Assembly: GCA_002312935.1 (NCBI GenBank)
Contig: DCAT01000059.1
Coordinates: 2,789-66,788, forward strand
DNA from: Oceanospirillaceae bacterium UBA1126
Lineage (GTDB): Bacteria; Pseudomonadota; Gammaproteobacteria; Pseudomonadales; Balneatricaceae
DNA: 64,000 nucleotides
Reading direction: 5' to 3'
Shown here piece by piece: positions 35,844-44,930 of the stretch. The first letter of the stretch is position 1. The number at the start of each line of letters is the position of its first letter. The position numbers and the translations under genes are program-made. The notes under the pieces are model-generated. The model saw only the letters and a list, made by a program, of their open reading frames with translations, was not told the origin of the DNA and ran no database searches.

Positions 35844-36302
35844 ATGAAAACGAATGACCTTATACGTGTGCAAGAAGCAGATTTCGACATCAGCGAGCAT
35901 TACCAACAATTGCGTCAAATAAACCCTGCTGGCACAGGCGCAGTAGTAATATTTGTTGGGTTGGTAAGGGATTTAGATGACGCTAAGGTGAAAGCAATGG
36001 AACTTGAACATTACCCCGGCATGACTGAATCTTGTTTAGAACATATAGTAAGCGAAGCGCACTCACGCTGGCCTCTAAAAGGCGTTCATCTGGTCCACCG
36101 AGTTGGTAAGCTATTACGTCATGAACAAATTGTATTTGTGGGGGTTACTTCACGTCATCGAACTGATGCGTTTAATGCCTGTGAATTTGTGATGGATTAT
36201 CTAAAGCAAGATGCACCTTTTTGGAAAGCTGAACTTACCGAACAGGGGAAACGCTGGGTCCAGGTTAAAGCGTCTGATCAAGACGCTGATAAACGTTGGT
36301 AA
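35844..36302 (+). CDS. moaE: Molybdopterin synthase catalytic subunit MoaE
   Basis: GAVVIFVGLVRD, LEHYPGM, HRVG.L, HR..AF, DYLK..APFWK.E. Confidence 0.92.
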   Translation: MKTNDLIRVQEADFDISEHYQQLRQINPAGTGAVVIFVGLVRDLDDAKVKAMELEHYPGMTESCLEHIVSEAHSRWPLKGVHLVHRVGKLLRHEQIVFVGVTSRHRTDAFNACEFVMDYLKQDAPFWKAELTEQGKRWVQVKASDQDADKRW

Positions 36303-36347
36303 ACCCCTGTTAATGTTGATCACCGTAAGTTAACTTTTGGGTGTAGG

Positions 36348-36911
36348 CTATTTACCACTTGGCATATTAGTGTCTTCCAGGCGCCACTCACCAACCCCCA
36401 ATCCTTTTAACCTCCAGCTCCCAATCGCTATTCTCACTAAACGTAAGGTGGGTAAATTGACCGCCGCAGTCATGCGCCTTACTTGTCTATTGCGTCCTTC
36501 ACTAATGCGAATTTCTAACCACTGGGTAGGAATGGATGCACGCTTTCTAATCGGTGGAATACGAGGCCAAAGTTTTTCTGTTTGAGACCCCAAAAGTCTC
36601 ACTTTAGCCGGCTGCGTGGGGCCATCCTTGAGCATTGGCCCTGCACGCAAACATTTTAACTGATGTTCCTCGACACAGCCCTCAACTTGAACCCAGTAAG
36701 TTTTTTCTACCTTATGTTTTGGGTTTGTTATTTGATGCTGTAATTGCCCATTATTGGTTAACACCATTAAGCCCTCTGAGTCATAATCCAGCCGCCCAGC
36801 GGCATAATAGTTTGGCATATCAATGTAACCTGCTAAGGTTTCACGGCCTTGATCGTCATTAAATTGACTCAATACTTGATAAGGCTTGTTGAAAACTAAA
36901 ATATTAGACAC
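36348..36911 (-). CDS. rluE: 23S rRNA pseudouridine synthase RluE-like
   Basis: FNKPY.VLSQF, AGRLDYDSEG, EGRNRQVRRMTA; divergent from icd as in enterobacteria. Confidence 0.85.
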   Translation of the reverse strand: MSNILVFNKPYQVLSQFNDDQGRETLAGYIDMPNYYAAGRLDYDSEGLMVLTNNGQLQHQITNPKHKVEKTYWVQVEGCVEEHQLKCLRAGPMLKDGPTQPAKVRLLGSQTEKLWPRIPPIRKRASIPTQWLEIRISEGRNRQVRRMTAAVNLPTLRLVRIAIGSWRLKGLGVGEWRLEDTNMPSGK

Positions 36912-37080
36912 GCAGTGATTTCCTTATTGGTTCCATGAATTGTTAGAATTTTGTAAAATAACTACATGATTCCTTGGGCCTACAGAAGCATTCGAGCTAT
37001 AATAGACCTCGACTACAAAAGCGACTTTTAAGGTCACTTACCTACGCAGTAAGACTATTTTACAAGCATTCGGAGACTTC

Positions 37081-38337
37081 ATGACATATCAGCACATTAC
37101 AGTACCAGAGCAAGGCTCTAAGATTACTGTTAACACCGACCTTTCTCTCAACGTGCCAAACGATCCTATTATCCCTTATATTGAAGGTGATGGCATTGGT
37201 TTTGACGTTTCACCAGTAATGCTTAAAGTGGTAGATGCTGCGGTAGAGAAAGCCTTTAATGGCACTAAAAAGATTCATTGGATGGAAGTATACGCTGGTG
37301 AAAAGGCTACCGTAACCTACGATGCAGATACTTGGATGCCAGAAGAAACCTTAGCTGCATTTAAAGAATATAAAGTAGGCATTAAAGGGCCTTTGACCAC
37401 GCCAGTTGGTGGTGGCATTCGTTCTTTGAATGTAGCTCTTCGCCAAGAACTAGACCTATATGTATGTCAGCGCCCTGTTCGCTGGTTTACAGGCGTACCC
37501 AGCCCTGTGCTAAAGCCAGAAAACGTAGACATGATTATCTTCCGTGAAAATTCAGAAGATATCTATGCAGGGATAGAGTGGCAAGCTGGCTCTCCCGAAG
37601 CCATTAAGGTGATCAAATTTTTACAAGAAGAGATGGGTGTTACCAAAATTCGCTTTGATCAAATGTGTGGTATTGGTGTTAAACCTGTGTCAGAGGAGGG
37701 AACTAAACGTTTAGTTCGTAAAGCGATTCAATATACTATTGATAATGATCGTGATTCGTTGACCTTGGTTCACAAGGGCAACATTATGAAATTTACAGAA
37801 GGCGCCTTTAAAGAATGGGGTTATGAAATTGCCCAGCAAGAATTTGGAGCAACACTCATAGGTGCAGGACCATGGTGTGAAATGACTAACCCAATTACTG
37901 GGAAAAATATCGTCATTAAAGATGTTATTGCTGATGCAATGCTACAACAAATTCTTTTACGGCCAGAAGAGTATGATGTTATCGCCACACTGAACTTGAA
38001 TGGTGACTATTTATCTGATGCCCTCGCAGCAGAAGTTGGCGGCATTGGAATTGCTCCTGGTGCCAACCTAAGTGACGACATTGCTATCCTTGAAGCGACC
38101 CATGGCACAGCGCCAAAATACGCTGGCCAAGACAAAGTGAATCCGGGATCGATTATATTATCTGCTGAAATGATGCTGCGCCACATGGGGTGGTTTGAAG
38201 CTGCAGATTTGATCGTTGCTGGTACCGAAGGTGCCATTAACGCTAAAACGGTCACGTATGACTTTGAGCGTCAAATGCCTGATGCTACTTTGTTGTCATG
38301 CTCAGAATTTGGTGACGCTATCATCACCAACATGTAG
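37081..38337 (+). CDS. icd: NADP-dependent isocitrate dehydrogenase (dimeric type)
   Basis: [40 protein letters not shown]. Confidence 0.97.
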   Translation: MTYQHITVPEQGSKITVNTDLSLNVPNDPIIPYIEGDGIGFDVSPVMLKVVDAAVEKAFNGTKKIHWMEVYAGEKATVTYDADTWMPEETLAAFKEYKVGIKGPLTTPVGGGIRSLNVALRQELDLYVCQRPVRWFTGVPSPVLKPENVDMIIFRENSEDIYAGIEWQAGSPEAIKVIKFLQEEMGVTKIRFDQMCGIGVKPVSEEGTKRLVRKAIQYTIDNDRDSLTLVHKGNIMKFTEGAFKEWGYEIAQQEFGATLIGAGPWCEMTNPITGKNIVIKDVIADAMLQQILLRPEEYDVIATLNLNGDYLSDALAAEVGGIGIAPGANLSDDIAILEATHGTAPKYAGQDKVNPGSIILSAEMMLRHMGWFEAADLIVAGTEGAINAKTVTYDFERQMPDATLLSCSEFGDAIITNM

Positions 38338-38355
38338 CTCATAGATCGATGCATC

Positions 38356-38382
38356 AAAAAACCAGCTTAGGCTGGTTTTTTT
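38356..38382 (+). terminator. Rho-independent terminator of icd
   Basis: AAAAAACCAGC-TTAG-GCTGGTTTTTTT. Confidence 0.85.
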
Positions 38383-38547
38383 GGCTCTAAAATCTTGGCA
38401 ATACCAGCTTTAATACATATTTAGCCCCCACATCTGTGTCTGTTTAAGTAAATTTACAGCCGTTTACAATTCTGCTCTGGAAAAATGCAGACATAGGCCC
38501 AATAGTAACGTTATGATGAAAACAATATTTAAATCAAGAGTGCTCTA

Positions 38548-38943
38548 ATGCCTGTTCTATCTGCTCACCCTAACGATGACATTGATAACCCAACTTATAA
38601 GCCTGCACTAATGAGTCAGGACGACTCCAATACGCCAGATGAAAACCACGATTTGCAGGTTATAGAGCAAACTCGCCCTAAGATAGCGCAACCTTCGTTA
38701 TATAAGGTGATCTTGTTAAACGATGACTACACACCCATGGAGTTTGTCATTGATATATTAGCGCGATTCTTTAATCACGATGAAGAACAAGCAACACAAA
38801 TTATGTTGGCAGTTCATACCCAAGGCAAAGGGGTATGTGGCATTTACACCAAAGATGTTGCTGAAACCAGAGCGATGCAAGTAAACCAGCACTCAAGACA
38901 ACACAAACATCCATTACTATGCGAAGTTGAATCTGCTTCTTAG
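38548..38943 (+). CDS. clpS: Clp protease adaptor ClpS
   Basis: [30 protein letters not shown]; true start may be ATG 38611. Confidence 0.95.
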   Translation: MPVLSAHPNDDIDNPTYKPALMSQDDSNTPDENHDLQVIEQTRPKIAQPSLYKVILLNDDYTPMEFVIDILARFFNHDEEQATQIMLAVHTQGKGVCGIYTKDVAETRAMQVNQHSRQHKHPLLCEVESAS

Positions 38944-38955
38944 AGGAAATAGACA

Positions 38956-41217
38956 ATGTTAGACAACGATTTAGAACGAAGCTTAAGTGAAGCCTATAAA
39001 CATGCAAGTTGGAAGCGGCACGAGTTTATGACCGTAGAACATTTACTGCTGTCACTGCTTAACAATCCATCCAGTGCAGAAGTACTGCAAGTGTGTGGAG
39101 TGGCACTTGATGACTTGCGAACACCTTTAGAAAAGTTCATTAACGAAACTACGCCTTCGGTAGATGAGTCTCACGGTAATTATGAAGTACAGCCAACCCT
39201 TGGTTTTCAAAGGGTGTTGCAGCGGGCCGTATTTCATGTGCAATCTTCGGGTAAAGGAGAGGTGTCTGGCGCTAATGTTCTGGTTGCTATTTTTAGTGAA
39301 ACTGAAAGCCAGTCAGTCTATTTACTCGATTTATTAGACGTTGAGAGGGTAGATATTGTTAATTATTTATCCCATGGAGTAAGCAGAACAGAAATGGAAG
39401 GTTCTGAAAAGGCGGTCGAAGGTGAAAGTGAAGAAGCAAGTCACTTAGTTAAATACACCACTGATTTGAACGCTGAAGCTAGGAACGGAAATATTGATCC
39501 CTTAATAGGCCGTGGCAAAGAGTTAGAGCGTTTGGTTCAAGTATTATCTCGGCGACGAAAAAATAACCCACTATTGGTGGGCGATGCAGGCGTTGGTAAA
39601 ACAGCCATTGCTGAAGGTCTAGCCTATCAAATTGAACAAGGTAATGTGCCCCAGGTGATTGCATCATCCACCGTCTATTCGCTAGATATGGGCTCATTGT
39701 TAGCCGGCACAAAGTACCGTGGTGATTTTGAAAAGCGGTTAAAAGGCCTTTTAGCTGATATTGAAAAAACTCCTAATGCAATCCTGTTTATTGATGAAAT
39801 CCATACTATCATTGGTGCAGGTGCAGCATCAGGCGGTTCTATGGATGCATCCAACTTATTAAAGCCAGTGCTAAGCTCAGGTAAGTTGCGTTGTATTGGC
39901 TCAACCACGTTTACAGAATTTCGTGGTATATTCGAAAAAGACCACGCTTTAGCCCGTCGATTCCAAAAAATAGATGTGGATGAGCCTAACATTGCTGATA
40001 CTCAAGCTATTTTGCGTGGTTTAATTTCCCGCTATGAAAGTCACCACCAACTTGAGTATACGCCCGCTGCCATAGATGCCGCAGCAGAACTTGCAGATCG
40101 CTACATTACGGATAAGAAGATGCCTGATAAGGCGATCGATGTGATTGATGAGGCAGGGGCATATCAGCAGCTATTTGCACCTTCAGATCGTAAGTCGTTT
40201 ATTGATGTTCCTGAAATTGAGGCTGTGGTGGCGAAAATAGCCCGCATACCACCTAAAAGCATTTCTGCAACAGATCGAGATCAGCTACATTCCCTTGAAC
40301 AAAATCTAAAGAGAGTAGTCTTTGGTCAAGATAAAGCCATTGATACCTTGGCTAACGCCATTAAACTTTCAAGGGCAGGGCTTAATTCAGCTCATAAGCC
40401 TGTGGGTAGTTTCTTGTTTTCTGGCCCTACAGGGGTTGGTAAAACTGAAGTGACTCAACAATTAGCACGCGTTATGGGCATTGAACTTGTGCGGTTTGAT
40501 ATGTCGGAATACATGGAACGTCACACAGTGTCTCGCTTAATAGGTGCTCCACCAGGTTATGTTGGCTTTGATCAAGGTGGTTTACTCACAGAAGCCGTAA
40601 CGCAAACTCCTCACTGTGTGTTGTTGTTGGATGAGGTTGAAAAAGCTCACCCAGAAGTGTTTAATATTTTGCTTCAAGTGATGGATAACGGCACCTTGAC
40701 AGATAACAATGGCCGCAAAACAGACTTCCGTAACGTTATTTTAGTGATGACAACAAATGCGGGCGCAGAACAAATGAGTCGCAGCTCCATTGGCTTCACT
40801 AAACAAGACCATAGTTCTGATGGAATGGGCGCAATTAAGCGCTTATTTAGCCCAGAGTTCCGAAATCGCTTGGATGATATTATTCAATTCAATGCGCTAT
40901 CCAAAGATGTGATTCTTGACGTGGTAGACAAATTCTTAGTTGAGTTACAAGTTCAACTTGAAGATAAAAAAGTTCACCTGCAAGTCAGTGACGCTGTCCG
41001 CGCATGGCTTGGCGAAAAAGGTTATGACAGGGATATGGGTGCACGACCCATGGCGCGACTTATCCAACAAGAGCTGAAGAAGCCTATGGCAGAAATACTT
41101 TTGTTTGGAGATTTAGCGGCTGATGGAGGCAAGTTGTTAGTGGACTTAAAGGATGACAAGATTAAGTTAACCAGTAAGCCCAGTAAACGCTCGGTCAAAC
41201 TTCTAGACCCTGCGTAA
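38956..41217 (+). CDS. clpA: ATP-dependent Clp protease ATPase subunit ClpA
   Basis: HEFMTVEHLL, two AAA modules (GDAGVGKT, GPTGVGKT), SIGF ClpP-binding loop. Confidence 0.97.
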   Translation: MLDNDLERSLSEAYKHASWKRHEFMTVEHLLLSLLNNPSSAEVLQVCGVALDDLRTPLEKFINETTPSVDESHGNYEVQPTLGFQRVLQRAVFHVQSSGKGEVSGANVLVAIFSETESQSVYLLDLLDVERVDIVNYLSHGVSRTEMEGSEKAVEGESEEASHLVKYTTDLNAEARNGNIDPLIGRGKELERLVQVLSRRRKNNPLLVGDAGVGKTAIAEGLAYQIEQGNVPQVIASSTVYSLDMGSLLAGTKYRGDFEKRLKGLLADIEKTPNAILFIDEIHTIIGAGAASGGSMDASNLLKPVLSSGKLRCIGSTTFTEFRGIFEKDHALARRFQKIDVDEPNIADTQAILRGLISRYESHHQLEYTPAAIDAAAELADRYITDKKMPDKAIDVIDEAGAYQQLFAPSDRKSFIDVPEIEAVVAKIARIPPKSISATDRDQLHSLEQNLKRVVFGQDKAIDTLANAIKLSRAGLNSAHKPVGSFLFSGPTGVGKTEVTQQLARVMGIELVRFDMSEYMERHTVSRLIGAPPGYVGFDQGGLLTEAVTQTPHCVLLLDEVEKAHPEVFNILLQVMDNGTLTDNNGRKTDFRNVILVMTTNAGAEQMSRSSIGFTKQDHSSDGMGAIKRLFSPEFRNRLDDIIQFNALSKDVILDVVDKFLVELQVQLEDKKVHLQVSDAVRAWLGEKGYDRDMGARPMARLIQQELKKPMAEILLFGDLAADGGKLLVDLKDDKIKLTSKPSKRSVKLLDPA

Positions 41218-41225
41218 GTGCAGAT

Positions 41226-41273
41226 GCTTGCTTTGGACGCTACTTTTGTAGCCGCCCTAAGCAAGCTTGTTTT
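41226..41273 (+). terminator. Hairpin downstream of clpA
   Basis: GCTTGCTT..GCTAC-TTTT-GTAGC..AAGCAAGC imperfect stem followed by TTGTTTT. Confidence 0.45.
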
Positions 41274-41386
41274 CCCTGTGTCTATTACATTCTTTGAGCC
41301 CTCTCAAGTTAAGTAAACACGTCTAAACTAATGTTGGTCGCATTATTTGTAGCAACATTGCTTATAATTTGGGGTTTACATTGGTT

Positions 41387-42667
41387 ATGTCTGAAAACAG
41401 AATTGATACACAAAGACCTGATGCACCCTTTTTTTCAGCTTATGGAACCTATTCCGTGGGTGTCAAAACCCTAACTCTAATACACAAACATCAAATTGAC
41501 CTCCTTCATATTAATGGCAGTAAAGCTAATACTAATGATTGGCCTCGCTATGATCGTCCTTTAGTCACAGAGGTGTGGTACCCAGCTTTAGCTAACTCTC
41601 AAGGAGAAAAAGGTTTAAATGTTGTTATAAGAGATGGTAAAACCAGAGTAATTCTTAAGGGTAGGGCCATTCGTGATGCAAGCCCTATAGCTTCTGGCCA
41701 ATCTTATCCCCTAGTTATTATTAGCCACGGCTACCCTGGCAATCGATTTTTGATGTCACACCTTGCCGAGAATCTGGCATCCAAGGGTTACGTAGTGATT
41801 GCTCTGGACCACGCAGATTCAACCTATGCTGATGCTGCTGGATTAGCTTCAACACTTTATAATCGAAGATTTGATCAACTATTTGCCATGGATGAAGCGC
41901 AGCGACTTAACACCCTCAAAAATCAGTTTTTATATGGTCTAGTTGATACGAGTCAAACAGGAATAATTGGTTATTCGATGGGCGCCTATGGCGCAGTCGT
42001 TACAGCAGGTGGTGGTCTTACCCAGTCATCTGTGGACTCATCATGGGCAACTCCCTCTGGCCTTATTGAAGCTCATAAAAGCGGTTCAAAGAACCATCTA
42101 AACCTTATAGATAATCGAGTGAAGACTGTGATTGCTATTGCGCCATGGGGTATGAACCATGGTTTTTGGGATGAGCAAGGCCTGCAAACAATTACTATTC
42201 CAATGTTGTTTGTTGCAGGGTCTGGTGATGATATATCTGGCTACGAAAATGGAACCAGAGCAATTTGGCAAGCAGCCTCAAATACCGACAGGTCGCTACT
42301 AACGTTTGATGACGCCGGTCACAATGCGGCCGCACCATACCCGGCACCCATCGAAGGGCGTGCGTTTGATAAAGATATTGGATTTGCGCCTTATGAGCAT
42401 TATGCAGATGCACTCTGGAATACGTCTAAGATGAATAATGTGCTGCAACACTTTGCCTCTGTATGGATGGCAAAACATCTTAAGTCTGACAAAAGTATGG
42501 CGCCTTATTTAAATCTTTTACCCTTAGGCAATGAAGGGGTTTGGTCCAAAGGGGAAGATGAGAGTCCAAAAGTAGATCACACTTATTGGCGGGGGTTTAA
42601 GCAGTTCTCTGCAAAAGGCTTACGATTCGAAACTCTCAGCCGCAAAAACCAAAAAACAACTGACTGA
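41387..42667 (+). CDS. Alpha/beta hydrolase (dienelactone hydrolase / PAF-acetylhydrolase-like)
   Basis: EVWYPA, SHGYPG, LASKGYVV, GYSMG nucleophile elbow, AGHN. Confidence 0.8.
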   Translation: MSENRIDTQRPDAPFFSAYGTYSVGVKTLTLIHKHQIDLLHINGSKANTNDWPRYDRPLVTEVWYPALANSQGEKGLNVVIRDGKTRVILKGRAIRDASPIASGQSYPLVIISHGYPGNRFLMSHLAENLASKGYVVIALDHADSTYADAAGLASTLYNRRFDQLFAMDEAQRLNTLKNQFLYGLVDTSQTGIIGYSMGAYGAVVTAGGGLTQSSVDSSWATPSGLIEAHKSGSKNHLNLIDNRVKTVIAIAPWGMNHGFWDEQGLQTITIPMLFVAGSGDDISGYENGTRAIWQAASNTDRSLLTFDDAGHNAAAPYPAPIEGRAFDKDIGFAPYEHYADALWNTSKMNNVLQHFASVWMAKHLKSDKSMAPYLNLLPLGNEGVWSKGEDESPKVDHTYWRGFKQFSAKGLRFETLSRKNQKTTD

Positions 42668-42670
42668 AAC

Positions 42671-42700
42671 AAAAAAAGAGCACTAAATGCGCTCTTTTTT
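42671..42700. terminator. Bidirectional terminator between the hydrolase and infA
   Basis: AAAAAAAGAGC...GCTCTTTTTT. Confidence 0.75.
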
Positions 42701-42757
42701 ATTTATAGCAGAAGGTCAAGGGTCTGAGGCGTTAAACGCATCCTACAGCCAGCAAGA

Positions 42758-42976
42758 TTAACGGGCGCGGTAGGTGATACGGCCTTTAGTTAAATCGTAT
42801 GGCGTAAGCTCTACTTTAACTTTGTCACCCGTTAAAATTCGAATGTAGTGTTTGCGCATTTTCCCGGAGATATGTGCAATAACCACGTGGCCATTTTCCA
42901 ATTCTACGCGAAACATGGTGTTTGGTAAGGTATCAATAATGGTACCTTCCATTTCAATCTGGTCTTCTTTAGCCAT
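42758..42976 (-). CDS. infA: Translation initiation factor IF-1
   Basis: [11 protein letters not shown]...[19 protein letters not shown], 72 aa. Confidence 0.97.
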   Translation of the reverse strand: MAKEDQIEMEGTIIDTLPNTMFRVELENGHVVIAHISGKMRKHYIRILTGDKVKVELTPYDLTKGRITYRAR

Positions 42977-43073
42977 TAAAGCCTCAAGGGTTGTTACAGA
43001 ATTTATCATATTTACATTGCGCGACATTATGCCGTACTGATGTACAAAAAGCGAGTAAAACACCTATATAAGC

Positions 43074-43802
43074 CTAGGGTACTATTAGCTGCTGCCAAAT
43101 TAAGTCGTCAAACACTTGCAAAGGCTGATATTCAGCCTTATAGGCCATTTTTTGACAGTCTTTTACCCAATAACCGAGGTAAACAAACTCCATCCCCTTA
43201 GACTGAGCCCAGTGAATCTGCCAAAGTACAGCAAGCCGGCCTAAGCTTCTTGCTTCATAAGCAGGATCAAAGAAAGTGTAAATAGCTGACACTCCTTTAG
43301 GTAGTATATCAACCACAGCAACCGCTAATAATTTTTGTTCTAATCTAAAACTTACAAACCATGTATTACTCGACGGGGGTGAATGACACAAGAAGTCTTT
43401 AAATTGCTCTAGGGATGGCGGGTACATATCACCATCACTGTGCCGCTGGTTAATATAGTTGGCATACAAGCTGTAGATTTCTTCGGACGAAGAAGGCAAT
43501 TCAAAACTAACGTGCAGGTCTTTATTGCGGTTAAGCACGCGTTTTTGGCTTTTACTAACCTTAAAACCTGCAAGAGGAACACGAACAGACTTACATTCAC
43601 CGCAGCCTTCGCACCAAGGCCGGTATATATGTTCACCACTGCGCCTAAAGCCCATGTCAGTAAGTTGCATATAAATTGATTCGTCCAAGGTCTGGTCTGG
43701 GCTTAAGAAAATTGACCTCGCTTGGCGATTATCTAAATAACTGCAGCTGTGCTCAGGTGTTGGGTAAAACACTAATGTATTAACATCAATCGATGAAGAA
43801 AT
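43074..43802 (-). CDS. bpt: Arginyl-tRNA--protein transferase family (Ate/Bpt)
   Basis: HSCSYL, GFRRSG..IYRP.C..C..C, RH.DGDM, YLGYW...C.KM.YK; start uncertain (GTG 43772 or ATT 43802). Confidence 0.88.
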   Translation of the reverse strand: MSSSIDVNTLVFYPTPEHSCSYLDNRQARSIFLSPDQTLDESIYMQLTDMGFRRSGEHIYRPWCEGCGECKSVRVPLAGFKVSKSQKRVLNRNKDLHVSFELPSSSEEIYSLYANYINQRHSDGDMYPPSLEQFKDFLCHSPPSSNTWFVSFRLEQKLLAVAVVDILPKGVSAIYTFFDPAYEARSLGRLAVLWQIHWAQSKGMEFVYLGYWVKDCQKMAYKAEYQPLQVFDDLIWQQLIVP

Positions 43803-43842
43803 GGAAAACCACCACTTTATTCAGGTTAGTAAAGGGCGCGCC

Positions 43843-44547
43843 TTAAGACTGTACCACCAGATCCCATAAACTATCCACTCCATAAGATAGATTTTTTTCT
43901 AGGTAGTTTTCAAATTCTGCCATCGGGATTTCTTGGGCACCAAGACTAGCTAAGTGCGGCGTATGCATTTGGCAATCTATAAGCACAAAACCCCACTGCG
44001 CTATCCGTTGAGCCAGATGAATAAACGCTATTTTAGATGCATTATCTGCTCGACTGAACATAGACTCACCAAAGAACATCCGTCCTAGGGCAACACCATA
44101 CAGACCGCCTACTAACTCACCGCCATGCCATACTTCAACGCTATGGGCGTATCCTCTGCGATACAATTGCGTATAAGCATGTTGCATGTCCTGTGTAATC
44201 CAGCTTTCTGCCGAGGTTTGATCCGCTCTTGGGGTAGAGCCACAAGCTTTCACTACGCGCTCAAATGCATGATCAAAAGTGACTATAAATGATGTCTTGC
44301 GGATAACTTTAGCCATGCTTTTAGAGATATGAATTTGGTGTGGATTGATGACCATCCTAGGACTTGGGGCCCACCAAAGGATAGGATCGTGATCAGAAAA
44401 CCAAGGGAAAATACCACATTGGTAGGCATGTAACAGCCTTGATACAGATAAGTCACCACCAACAGCTAACAACCCTTGAGGGTCATCAAGGGCTTCTGAA
44501 ACTGGTGGAAACCAATAATCATCGTCATCTAGTTGATAAACAGGCAT
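43843..44547 (-). CDS. aat: Leucyl/phenylalanyl-tRNA--protein transferase
   Basis: GLLAVGGDLS, GIFPWF, AHSVEVW, GGLYGV..G..FFGESMF, DCQ. Confidence 0.95.
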   Translation of the reverse strand: MPVYQLDDDDYWFPPVSEALDDPQGLLAVGGDLSVSRLLHAYQCGIFPWFSDHDPILWWAPSPRMVINPHQIHISKSMAKVIRKTSFIVTFDHAFERVVKACGSTPRADQTSAESWITQDMQHAYTQLYRRGYAHSVEVWHGGELVGGLYGVALGRMFFGESMFSRADNASKIAFIHLAQRIAQWGFVLIDCQMHTPHLASLGAQEIPMAEFENYLEKNLSYGVDSLWDLVVQS

Positions 44548-44930
44548 AAGTTAATGATACATCAAGAGGTTAACTTTCAGTAAAATACCCTAGCCTAAAA
44601 TATAAGATTAAAAGGCGTGCATTTTTATTAGTGTCTTAGTTAGAGAAATAACAAAAAAGTTAGTATTTGGTTATAAGATTCTGCCTTGTTCATGGTTGTT
44701 GTCATTCCATGGCGCTGCAGCCTAAAGTGACCCTAAGTATATGATGCCAAGGGCCTGTTGCAAACGGGACAACTCAACTATTTTGTTGATAAAGGCAATA
44801 AAATGCAGGTCTACGGCCTGTTAACTCAATGGCCTGACAACTAGAACATCATTAAGCTTGGTTCAACTATCAGGATTGCGTATCATAGGCTAAGTTTGCT
44901 CAATCAAACACACGCACAAGGAAATCGTTA

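Noticed and set aside
38408-38433. Sigma-32 promoter for clpS (CTTTAA...CCCCACAT)
   Set aside because: Both boxes are imperfect and the spacer is 12 nt, shorter than in the clear htpG promoter
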